Shown: piece by piece, positions 1-10,696 of the stretch
Numbering within the stretch: position 1 is the first letter of the stretch
Layout of the letters: each line of letters begins with the position of its first letter
Assembly (NCBI GenBank): GCA_964036045.1
Contig: OZ038378.1
Coordinates: forward strand, 187,364,001-187,428,000
DNA: 64,000 nt
DNA from: Eutreptiella sp. 'Long Island Sound 2002'
Lineage: Eukaryota; Protista; Euglenida
Direction: 5' to 3'
Notes under the pieces: generated by a model
Database searches by the model: none
What the model was told of the DNA's origin: nothing
The model's input: only the letters and a program-made list of their open reading frames with translations
Position numbers and translations under genes: made by a program

Positions 1-817
1 CAAAGCACCCAACGGCCAAACAGCGTGCAAAGCACATGAAAGAAGGTGTAAAACATACTTTACTTCTGATGTTCGATCATTGACTCCTCAGAATATCAAA
101 AAAATCCATTCTTGAAGTTTTTACTCTTGTGAGCTATTGAGGCTGGAAAACCCCCTTTTCTGACCCTGTTTTTCTAAGTGCAGCCACTCATTTCGCGTTT
201 TTCAAACGAGCCATGGCCGGCCACAGACAGGGCTCTGTAGGCTGCAGACCATGCCCTTGTGCATCCTACCATGGGTACACTGTCACAACTGTGGGCGCTG
301 AGTTATGTCAGAGACATCAGGAAGAGTGGGCAGTGCAAACTTCAGTAAACAGATTCGGAGCGGACAGGCCAACAAACGCATGAGCAGATGGGTAAGGGGG
401 GGCGGAGTACGCAGAGAAACAAGGAGTGTCACCAAGAGAGACAGTGACAAGAACACCGGTCCTCCAAGGGACAACATACCGCGGGCTTTAGGGGCAGTAC
501 CCCGACGGGGACCCGCTGCGCGCGCCCGCTGTGGAGGCCAGCAGCAAATGCCGCAACCGTGCTACTGCGGAATCCAAAGCTGCGAAGCTGTCGCTTTGGG
601 TTCCGGGTTTGGGCAGGTTTGGGTTCGGCAACGAACGCAAACCTGCACCATTTCTATGTCCTGCACAGAAGGTGCCTCCATCCTCCCCAACTCCCCCCGC
701 CCCACCCTCCCTCCCAACCCCCCTGCTCCCTTCTCGTCCTCGTTCTCCTAAGCCCCCCCCCCCTTCTCACACCCACAACGTGCCGCCCATCCACCAGGCT
801 CCCCCTCTTTCGCACAG

Positions 818-1134
818 GCCATGTCCTGAGCAACGTTGACTTGACCAGTGCCGATCTGACCCACGCGGACCTTTGCGGCGCCGATCTCAGCAACAGCGTC
901 CTCCGGGGCTGTGATCTGTCCGGGGCGCGGCTGCGCGGGGCGCGGCTCTGTGCCCTGGACCTGCGGCACCGCAGTCTGGCCGGCTTCGACCTGTGCGCCT
1001 GCGACCTGTCCGGCTCGGACCTGTCGAGTGCGGACCTCTCGGGGGCAAACCTCTCGGGCGCGGTCCTGACGGGCGTCAACATCACCGGCGCCTCCTTCAG
1101 CCGCGCGCTGTTGGTGGATGTGGATTTGCAGCGG
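818..1134 (+). CDS. Pentapeptide-repeat protein, first visible exon (gene is 5'-partial; exon starts in phase 1)
   Basis: Acceptor cgcacAG at 816-817 and donor CGG|GTgtgc at 1135. Translation is a regular 5-residue repeat (VDLTS ADLTH ADLCG ADLSN SVLRG CDLSG ... ALLVD VDLQR). No upstream exon or start codon was identified in the window. Confidence 0.9.
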
Positions 1135-1816
1135 GTGTGCCGGGGGTTGTGTGCAGCATGCACACGCGACGTCCGGGGGGCGGCTCTTGCGCGCGCCTGG
1201 TGCGCACGCGGTGCGCACGGCGACGGAGGATGTGCCATTCGGGCTGTCATTGTGGCTGCCGGCGCGCACGGGTTGCTCGGCGCTTCAACTTCACACCTTC
1301 GAGCGGTAACTCCGCGGCTTTAGATTCCCGGGCGGCCCCGTCTGACCATCCCCCTCTGGATGCGGCATGTGAAGCCCCCGTCTGCCGAGCGATGCGGGGG
1401 CGCTGCCGAGGTGAGGGGGGGAGGGGCGTGGTCTCTTGACCCTCCCCTAACGACGACCACCCTGGCGACCGTCCTTAGGCAGCGATGGTTCCCATCGTCG
1501 CCATAAGTAGGGAGGGACCACAGCCCAGTAGGGTGCAGGATTTGGAGGGGTTTTCCGGGTTCCACGTGTGCAGTAGTGGGCAGCGCAATTCCGCAGGGGG
1601 CACCACAGCGGCCGCGCCGCCCCACATGGGGCCTGGGATTTCTATTGCCGGGATCATCCGAAAAAGGTATTTGCAAGTTGAGTAGCGGGCAGCGATGATT
1701 TAGGGGGGTCAGCCCACATGGGGTTTCCAAATCTGGAAACCCCCGGCTTCTGGCAACAAACTTACAGTGTTTGTGTTGCTTCCCAGGACTGTGGGTCAGG
1801 CCGAGTCGAGGATAGT

Positions 1817-2016
1817 TGGCGGGTAGCCGGGTTCGAACTGAATACGAACGTTGCTGAAACGGAGATACCTGCTCCAGTGGTGGGTTGAGCGGCCCCTCCG
1901 GGCTCGAACACGCCACTTCTCAGGGCCTTCGCTGCGTGTCACTGGATGGGGATGGGAATCGAACCCGTGGCGAGACGCCTACGATGTTATGCCTCAGACC
2001 ACTGAGCTACGGGGAA
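1817..2016 (-). pseudogene. tRNA-derived element (tRNA pseudogene or SINE-like head) with three B-box-like motifs
   Basis: The minus strand reads CCCCG-TAGCTCAGTGG-TCTGAGG...ACGGGTTCGATTCCCAT (A box, B box, partial D and T stems). Two more T-loop-like motifs follow: TGTTCGAGCCC (1910-1900) and AGTTCGAACCCGGCTACCCGCCA (1839-1817). The acceptor and anticodon stems do not pair, so this is not an intact tRNA. Confidence 0.55.
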
Positions 2017-2258
2017 TACCCCTCGGCCGTTTAACCATCGGCCTTTGGCGGTCAATTGACGCTGTTCCGGCTTTTTTGTGGTTTGGGGTGCCCCTTTGCA
2101 TCCAAGGCCTCGATGCCTTGACACCTGCCGGCCCGCACGCAGTCGCACACAGGCCTGCACATCCCACCGCCTGTGCATCTGCCCAGATCTTGTCCATTGC
2201 CCTCGGAGCCATCCTGCGCTCAGGCGGCCGTCCTCTTTTTCTCTCTCACCCGTGATCA

Positions 2259-2642
2259 ATGGATGGCCTTTTCCTGGAAGAGTACAAGCGGGTCGCCCGC
2301 GACCTCGGCGCCACCGAGCGCGTGGACGTGATCCGCCTCGAGGGCTCGCCCCACCTCCAGCTCAACGGCAACTGCACGACGCGGTTCGCGGCGCACGTGC
2401 AGGACCTGGACGCCGTGGCCATCGTCCAGGCGCTGCAGGCCGCGAGCACCGGCGTGGAGACCATGGACTTCAGCTACAACTTCCTGGGGAACCGCGCGGC
2501 GACCACCCTCGCGGAGTTCATCCGCAAGGACAGTGCCCTCAACGCCCTCAACCTGGCGTTCAACGAGATCACGTCGGCGGGGGGGCGGGCGCTGGCGCAG
2601 GCCCTCGTGATCAACAAGAGCATCACCCATCTCAACCTGCAG
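2259..2642 (+). CDS. LRRC34: LRRC34-like RNI-type leucine-rich repeat protein, exon 1 of 3
   Basis: ATG at 2259, GC3-rich codons, LRR units (MDFSYNFLGNRAATTL, LNLAFNEITSAGGRALA). Donor CAG|GTgggc at 2643. Confidence 0.85.
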
Positions 2643-3920
2643 GTGGGCCCCTGCTACGGGGGGGGAGGGAGGGGGGGGTCTGTGGTGTGTGTGTGTGGGG
2701 CGGGGGATCGCACCAGAGATGCTGTTAGATCATTGTTCTGTCGGTTACGGGCGAAGGATGTATGGGTTCGCGGCGGAGGCTGTCCCTTATGAATGAGCCA
2801 CGTCTGTTTTCGTTTTCCACTGAGACCGGCCTGGGGTCTTGGGTGGCAGGATCGCGGTTAACCGACGGCGGATACCGACCACCTGGTGCACCGTTGTGGT
2901 CCAGGTGTCTGGAGTCTGGCAGACGTTTTTTTTTTGGTCACGGAGCACAGCCCTGGTTCGGCCCTCCCCCCCTCCTTCATGCCGTGATTGCTGCCGTATC
3001 GGGGTCCTGAGAACAGGGAGGCACGGAATGGCCATCGCCCCTACCGTCTTGCCAATCCCCTCGACAAAGCAATGCGCATCGATAGTGGCCTGAAACGTGC
3101 ATTGAATGGTCTATTCTTCAACCAGTGCCGAAAGGAACGTCCCCTGCCTCCCCAGGTGGCCCCGAGTGCCGACATGGTCGTTGCCCCCCCCCCCCCCCCC
3201 CGCGAGATGGTGACCCTCCGAACCCCGCAATCTTGGGACAGACTTTGTGTGGAGGATGCCGGCGCCGGCATGGGAGGGACGCCAAGGGGCAGAAGAAGAA
3301 GCAGCATTTTGTGAGCAGAGGGACAACTGTCCTCCTCTCACCTATTGAGAGTAATTTCCCCCGGCTGTTAGGGGTAACCAAGCAGGCTCTCCACCTCTCG
3401 CAGTTTTTTTTTTGTGAACCCTCTTCGCCCCCGATCCAACGGGTGGGCACCCAACCTCGCCCATCCACGCGTGGAGGATCCCCTCCTCAAAAGTCGAACA
3501 CGTACGTACACCCGGAAGTACCAACCGGCATACTCACTCAGCTTTGATGGCACAGACCCCGTCCCTTGCCCCCCCCCAGAGGCATCTGGTTGGGCGTGGG
3601 TTGTGAAGGGCTGTCGTACGTTGTCGGGAAGGTTGCTGGGTTGTCAGCGGCGAAGGCAAAGTTGGGCTGCACAGGACTCAGGACCGCGTTCCTCCGCCTC
3701 AGGCAGGCATGCATTAGAAGGGGGGGGGGGGTGGTAACCCACGCCCAGCCTACGCCCAGCCACTGTTCCCCTGATGCCAAGTGCCAGCTTCAATGGCATT
3801 TGCAACCGACAGTAACCGCCTCCAACCGCTTTCGCGGCCTCCTCCAACCGCCTGTCTCACCGCTTCTGCGGCCACCTCTGACGTCCCTTCCCTTCTCATG
3901 CATCTCTGCCTCCGCCTCAG

Positions 3921-4248
3921 GGCAATGATATCGGCGAGGAGGGCGGCATGGCGATCGCGGACATGCTCCCCGCCAACCCCACGCTGCGGACCCTCAACCT
4001 GTCGTCCTGCGGGATTAAGACGGGCACGATCATCGGCCTGGCCACAGCACTGCGGGAGCATCCGTCCCTCACGTCCCTGAACATCGACAAGCCGCTGCTG
4101 CCTGGCGTACAGGAGGGGCTCAGCGTCGCCACGCATCTGTCGGGGATGATCAAGGTGAACACGGCGCTGACGGAGCTGCACATGTCCAAATGGAAGATGA
4201 ATGACGACCAGTTGGAGCTGATGCTGCCGTCCCTGACCGCAAACAAGG
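3921..4248 (+). CDS. LRRC34: LRRC34-like protein, exon 2 of 3
   Basis: Acceptor cctcAG at 3919-3920. The join ITHLNLQ|GNDIGEEGGMAIA completes a canonical LRR. LNIDKPLL...E...HLSGMIKVN...LHMSK resembles the LRRC34 signature as I recall it. Phase-1 donor G|GTctgt at 4249. Confidence 0.9.
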
Positions 4249-4749
4249 GTCTGTCGTGTCGCTTTTGCGTGTCTGTGGTCTGCGTGGGCTTGCTCGGCGG
4301 TGGGCTGCGTCGTGTCGTCTCGTATCATCTCGCGTGGCGTGGTGCACTGTGTTTCGCTGTGTCATGTCCTGTTGTGCCTGCCAAAGGGTCCCTGTAGAGA
4401 ACTGCACGGGCACACAAGAGCGCGAACAATGGCACCTCGAAGAATGGCTACGGACCTCAGAATACCATGACATAATTGGGCACATTTTTGGTGTGCCACA
4501 TTTTGCCGTTCCAAATCGAGGTGGTCGCGCCTGTTCCCAATCCCCGCCCCCCCCGCAACGGTCCCACGGAAATAACAACCACCATTCGCAGTCATGCTTG
4601 TTGTGCCACGATCTGGGGATTTTGCCGCAAAAATTTCGGTGGTATTTAATACTTGACGTCAAACCTGCTCCGCTCCAACTTTTGCCATTGCAGACTCGGG
4701 CGTACCAAAATCAACCCCCCCCCCCCGGTATGTTGCGTCATGGCGTGTC

Positions 4750-5138
4750 GTCTTGTCTTGTCTTGTCTTGTCTTGTCTTGTCTTGTCTTGTCTTGTCTTG
4801 TCTTGTCTTGTCTTGTCTTGTCTTGTCTTGTCTTGTCTTGTCTTGTCTTGTCTTGTCTTGTCTTGTCTTGTCTTGTCTTGTCTTGTCTTGTCTTGTCTTG
4901 TCTTGTCTTGTCTTGTCTTGTCTTGTCTTGTCTTGTCTTGTCTTGTGGTTTGTCTTGTCTTGTCTTGTGGTTTGTCTTGTCTTGTCTTGTCTTGTGGTTT
5001 GTCTTGTCTTGTCTTGTGGTTTGTCTTGTCTTGTCTTGTCTTGTCTTGTCTTGTCTTGTCTTGTCTTGTCTTGTCTTGTCTTGTCTTGTCTTGTCTTGTC
5101 TTGTCTTGTCTTGTCTTGTCTTGTCTTGTCTTGTCTTG
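4750..5138. repeat. (GTCTT)n pentanucleotide microsatellite, ~390 bp, with GTGGTT variants, in LRRC34 intron 2
   Basis: Seen directly. It generates the spurious (VLSCL)n and (QDKTR)n ORFs. Confidence 0.98.
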
Positions 5139-5245
5139 CGGTTTGTCTTACGTCGTGCAACTGTGTCGTGCAGCGTTGTGGTGTGTTGTGTCCCGTCGAG
5201 TGGAGGTCCCTGTTGACGCTGCATCGCACTGGCACCCCGTCGCAG

Positions 5246-5658
5246 GCATCGTCTACCTCGACCTGAGCTGCAACAACCTCTCCAGCATCGGTGCCACGTT
5301 CGTCAGCACCGTGCTCTCCAAACGCGCCGACATCGTCCACCTGAACCTCAGCAGCAACAAAATGGGCGACGAAGGGGCCACGGCGCTGGCCCGCGTGCTC
5401 CGCAACCACCAGACGGTCCAATACCTGGACCTCACGTCGAACGGGATCGAGGGCCGGGGCCTTGTGGCGGTGGCGGAGATGATGGACCTGAACACGAGCA
5501 TCCTGCACCTGAAGCTCTGGGGCAACACCTTCTCCGAAGAGGCCTGCGCCAAGTTCCACGCGCTGAAGGGCCGCCTGGAGCGCCTGCTGACCGTCGATTT
5601 TGACATGTACACCGTCGATGAGAAGGCGCAAGTGCTTCTGAAGACCGACACGGAGTAG
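5246..5658 (+). CDS. LRRC34: LRRC34-like protein, exon 3 of 3 (spliced product 374 aa)
   Basis: Acceptor cgcAG at 5244-5245. The join NK-G|-IVYLDLSCNNLSSIGA is in frame. The C-terminus ILHLKLWGNTFSEEAC...VDFDMYTVDEK matches the LRRC34 C-terminal pattern as I recall it (not searched). Stop TAG at 5656-5658. Confidence 0.9.
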
Positions 5659-8099
5659 CGGGCGACAGCAGCCCCCCCCCCACACCCATTCCGCTCACCG
5701 TCTTCCTGACCCGTAACCCTTTGGCTGCTGCCATTTGCACGGGGAGGGCGGGTAAGCGACGCCATTACGGTTTGCCGCGTCTCCCCCCGGGGCCTGTGCC
5801 TGAGGCCCCCTTCCATGCTCCTGGGGAGATCGTCCAGTCCGCTGCAACACGCGCCCGGCCGCCCCCGTTTCGTAACCGCAGCACCCCCCCCTCCCCCCCC
5901 CCCACCCGCTTTGCCAACGGCCAGTGACCGTAATTGTATTCGGTCTCGAGACCCTCCTCCAGCCCCTCTGCGTTTGAAGCGCCGGGCTTGCCCCTCCTTT
6001 GGTCAATGCCCCTTCCTTTTCTGCCGCCGCGCGACGCGCCTCCGCATGCGCCTCCGTTTTACACTCAGGGCTCGGCGGGGGGAGGGGCAGCGAGTCCTGG
6101 AATGTGGGGACCGCAGTCCCGGGCGGGGCATCCGGGGTCTCTGTGGCACGGGGCGCACGTGTGCTGCACGGCACCGTGAGGCGACCGCCAGTGGCAAAGG
6201 CTCTCTGCAGCCATCGCGTGCAGACCTTTGCTGGAGGTGGGCCCCACTGGAGTAGGGGTGCGGCGCCACTGGCATGCGGCGGGCGCACAGTCGGCTGTCG
6301 GCGCCGGAAGGAATGACTGGCCTGTTAACCATCCGGAACATGCCCATCACCTGTGGTTTGGGTGCCAAGGGTCCCTCTGCACACGGTTCACAGTACACAG
6401 TACAGTCCACGTACAAACTTGTCTTTCACACATGCGGCAATGGGCCATTCACCGTTTTGCGTGGGCAGCCGAGGTGCTTGATGCCCCGGTTGTGTTCATC
6501 CGCCAGGCGTTGGCATCCCAACGAGGAGGTGTTGCTGGGCCCAAATCCAGCTGCTGACTTCCCGGGGTTGAACTGCAGGGCCATTGTTGCGAGGCACGTG
6601 CCGCTACCCTTACCCTACCTCGAGCCAGGACCCCCCCCCCCCCCCACTGAGGCGCCCCCCCATCCCGGCAGCTCGGAAGCCCTCCTGAATCTGCCTTCAT
6701 ACCGCACCCCCCACCCCACCCACCGCCCCTGAGGCCTCAAGTAGTGGGGGTCTGGGGGGTTGGGGTATGGACCTGCGGAGAGGAGGAGACCACACGGGGG
6801 CATCCTGGGGTTGAGGCGCGAGGCACGGCTCTTGCGGTCATGCTGGGCAGACTCCATGCGGCCATCCTTGGGTTTAGCCATGGGGCCGGGGGGCGGCCCG
6901 TGCGGTGCTGGTTTAGGAGCGATCGGTGCAATACTTCTGCCTACGATTCAATGGCCTGTGGTACATATTCTGAGACGGACGGGACCCCACAGCCTAACGA
7001 AAAGACCAAAGGGGAAGAGGGTGTCCCTGTGTCCGGGTGTGAGGGCAAAGGGGGGGGGTCCTTTTCGTTTGCTTTCCGGCGGCCGGACCGGTGGTGAGCC
7101 AAAGTAGACCAAGGCGTTGGTTGGCCGTACATGCCGCCCCGGGGGTGGGGCGCATCATTTGGCTGGTGCACGAAACAAAATTGCCCGTGGAGGCGTGTCG
7201 GACCATGCCCGCTGGTCGCGTTGCCCGCGGTTTGGTTGCTTTCCTCACACGCCCCCTGCGGAGGTCGTTTGGTGGGCTCTGGTGTGTGTGGTGGTACTTC
7301 TTTGACCCCAAGTTGTTGGTGCGATGTTGTTTGCTGAAGTTGTTCCGTCCCTTTTTCTAGCATTATCATCCCTGTTGTCGTGCCAGTGCCCGGGGCTGGG
7401 GCTACAGGTACCCACCCTTGTACACCACAAGGTCTCGTGAACAAATGGACAAACCACGCCAAGAACGCACATGATGCGCAGTGCTGGATGCAGGTCGGAT
7501 CCAACTCGAGGCCGGGCTCCATTGACGCTGGCGTGTACAGGAATGGCAATGCTTACTGTTCGTGCCAAGAAGCATCTGGAGGTTTAAGTGGCTGCTGCGG
7601 AGTTTGCGGTTGACGGTGGCTGGCGGTTAAGCGCGGTTGACCAACAGCAGCTGCGATTACCTCCCACCAGTTGGTGGTCGGCCGGTGCCCTCCTGTGACC
7701 TGGATGTACCGCAGTCCAGTGTTTCCGTCAAGGGTAGCGCTGTGCGTAGGCAGGGGCCCGGAACCGGAGTGAAATTTGTGATCCTTAATCCCGTTTGATG
7801 TTGTCAGTTGTGCCATGATTTTTAATAGTTTCTTTTTTAATTTATGCAATCACTGCCGAAGGTATTCGGATGGGCTGTGTGTGTCACCATGTGGGTGTGC
7901 ACGGTATTGGCAATCTGCCCAGTCCCCCTTATGGTGCCCCCATGCCACTGCATGTTGTATGTCTGGAGCCATGCAAAGGCCCCTCATTTTTGCGGTAGGA
8001 TATCGGCGCAGGATGGGCCTGAAGAGCGGTCTGTCGGGGGTGGCGTCGGCGTAGAGTATCGTTTGCACTGTCTGAGCTTGTATGGTCATGTACTATGCA

Positions 8100-9640
8100 C
8101 TCGGAGGTTGAGATATGGAGGTCACTGACTGGCGGAAGACTTGTGCCCCATTTGTTGATGTGTTGTTGTTGTCAGTGATGTGCCATGTTGCCTGTCGAAT
8201 GAAGGGCATCCCGTCGCAGCTTGCAGCGAGTACTGCCCAGCACTCTGTACCCTTTGCCCCATTGCCCCTCTGTACCCACTGCTTCACGCTGGGATGGGCT
8301 TGAGGGGGAGAGAGGCTTGAGGGTTGTTTCCAGCGCACCGGCCAAACCGGTTCCTGGAAAAGTGGTTCTCGGACTACAGCAGTACTGTAGCAGTTACGAA
8401 GCGGGTGGAGGGCTGTCGGAGGGACACACCCCACCCTTCCTTCCAAACACATCCCTGGCTCCAGAGCCCTCCGTACCCTCCATGTCCCTGTGTACCAATG
8501 GCCTGCACCCACCTCATCTGGGTGCCCACCAATACACGGCCCTTTGCTTGGACAAAGGGTTTGGCAAGATGCACGGGGGGGGGGGGGGGGCAAGCGGGGC
8601 AGATGCGGCTCCTAGGCGTCTTGCATCCCCACTTGGGACCCCAAAACTCCGCCATGTTCATGTTGGTGTAGCCCATGGCCTGTCCGTATGCCATTCCACG
8701 AACGAAACCTGTTTTGATTGGCGCGGTTTCATGGCAATTGGAGTGGTAAAATTTAGGGTGGAGAACTGTGGATGCGCATACTTGTTGCGGCTCACCCTTG
8801 ACAGCATGACCAGTATTGCCACCTGCCCGTTGAATGAAGAGGTGCAAGCCCGCATCCATATCTGAGGGGGTCTAAGTTCACATCCTTCATGGTGGAAAGT
8901 AGGACTTCCACCTAGCAAGGGCCATGGTGGATGAGTGGCGGAGCTCAGCAAACATTTGTGATAGCCTATGTCTCTCCCGCACCACCACCCAGGGTCTGGA
9001 AGTACTGGGCACCTGTGTAGGAACGTTGGTGGTGTGGGCACTCACATGTGAAGTGTTGTATCAAGGATTTTGTGGCAGCCTGCATTGCCAAGTTGGAGGT
9101 CTTGTAGGGTTTCAGTCGCTCAAAACAATTTTTCCATTTTGTTGGGATGGCAGTAGACTATGAGGATCCACAGCCCGTCTACCCCTCAACAAGTGAAACT
9201 CAACAATTGATGACCACAGAGGGGTGACAACTGTAGAATGTACATCCAATCAACTTTGTAAACATAGCCCTTGGAAGCAAAAAGGGTTGTGCTGAACAAC
9301 GAGCCCATACAGGAAACCATTGGGCAAACACAAGTATACCCAGACATTACAACTAGTGCATCAATAGTGGTGAACATGTTAACATCTCCCTTTTTTCACC
9401 AATTTGGCAAGCCTGGCAAACCTCTCTAGCGGCTTGGTAAATTGTTGAGGCGTTGAGGTAGGTTTTCTGCCCAATATGCGGGCATTCCATTGTTCAACCT
9501 CCTCATCACTTTGACCACAAGGGAATGCAGTGCACGCAGTGCAAACTTTTGTATGTCGGCAACTACTTGAACCCTAGTTTTTGCTTTTTTTTCACTAGTT
9601 GGTTTTTTCCATAACAGATTTTTTTTACGCTTCTTGTGCA
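8100..9640 (-). mobile_element. Probable decayed 3' fragment of an RNase H-bearing non-LTR retrotransposon
   Basis: Broken minus-strand frames carry eroded motifs: KFALRALH (zf-RVT-region-like), GNTGHAVKG and TNMNMAEFWG (GNPG.AG.G / TNN.AE RNase H-like), WHITDNNN. Boundaries are approximate and there is no intact ORF. Confidence 0.35.
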
Positions 9641-10556
9641 TTCATTTGAATTGCCATCCATTTTCACCCATTTTCAGCCATTTTAGCCCATTTTTACCCA
9701 GTTTTGTTGCACGTTCTTTGTTGTAGGTGGATGCTGGATTATGATGATGGGGAATCCCAGGTTTAAAACCTTAAACCAGAGTTTAGGCCACCCGCGTCTC
9801 CTCCCTCATTAGTGCTTTAGTTTTGGTGGCGGTGTGGTGGGAGCGGCGTGCCTAGGCCTACCCGAGAATGCCAGTGCATTGAGACAGAAGCCCGAATTGT
9901 GCATGCGAATAGGGAGGGAGGGAGGGTAGTGGTGCGGGCAGGGCATGACAGTGAAGGCGGGGCTGGGTGCAGAGAGCGAGGGGGGGGGGGGGGGGGAGCA
10001 GACACGGTACACCCTAAACACCAGATGTCGTCTACATTCACAATGCCACAAATCGGCAGGTGGGTTGTTACACACTCCAAAGCGGATTCCAACCTTCATG
10101 GTCATTGCCTTGCTATCTCTAGGACACAATGAACTTGCCCTTGAATGATCCGCAGTCCCGGATCATTGTGAATCAGTAGCATGGCTTATCAGTAACGGAC
10201 CACATAGGGGATGCCATGCACGTAGTGCGAAGTTTTGGATTCAAGCGCCGTTCGGATATCAACGTTCACCAACAAGGTAAGGCACTCAAGGATAACTCAC
10301 AACCCACATTCCTTCATTGCATTTGTGCATTTGCCTTGTGTCTTGGGGCTAAAGGGTCTTCAAGGAATCTCCACCCCCTAGACAGGTGACAGGTATTCTT
10401 GGGTCTTCATGTCCTTGGTGCTTGATGGCCGTGGCCAAGCGCAATCTACTGTTGCTGTTGCATGAGTGTGTTGGAAGATGGTGGTGGCCTTCTGGGGACA
10501 TAGGCATTCTGCCTTGACCCCATTGGGGCCAAACTTGTAGCAATATGCAGCACTAT

Positions 10557-10696
10557 GGCCAAGTTCTTGCACTGTGTGCGCACTGCGTGCGCACTGCGCA
10601 CGCAGAGGCTGGGATACTCACTCCCTGGCTAGGTTTCATTGTGTCGGCACTACACACAGTGCCCACGCAGTGCGCACACAGTGCACCAACTTGGCC
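10557..10696. repeat. 140-bp hairpin / miniature inverted-repeat element
   Basis: 38-bp arms GGCCAAGTTCTTGCACTGTGTGCGCACTGCGTGCGCAC (10557-10594) and reverse complement at 10659-10696, with 3 mismatches. No TSD seen. Confidence 0.75.

Noticed and set aside
559-817. Start of the pentapeptide gene at the track ORF start (559)
   Set aside because: This part is C-tract-rich and non-repeat, and a clear acceptor AG lies at 816-817, so it is intron.
4256-5685. Long ORFs with (VLSCL)n or (QDKTR)n repeats
   Set aside because: They are translations of the intronic (GTCTT)n microsatellite; only 5246-5658 is a real exon.
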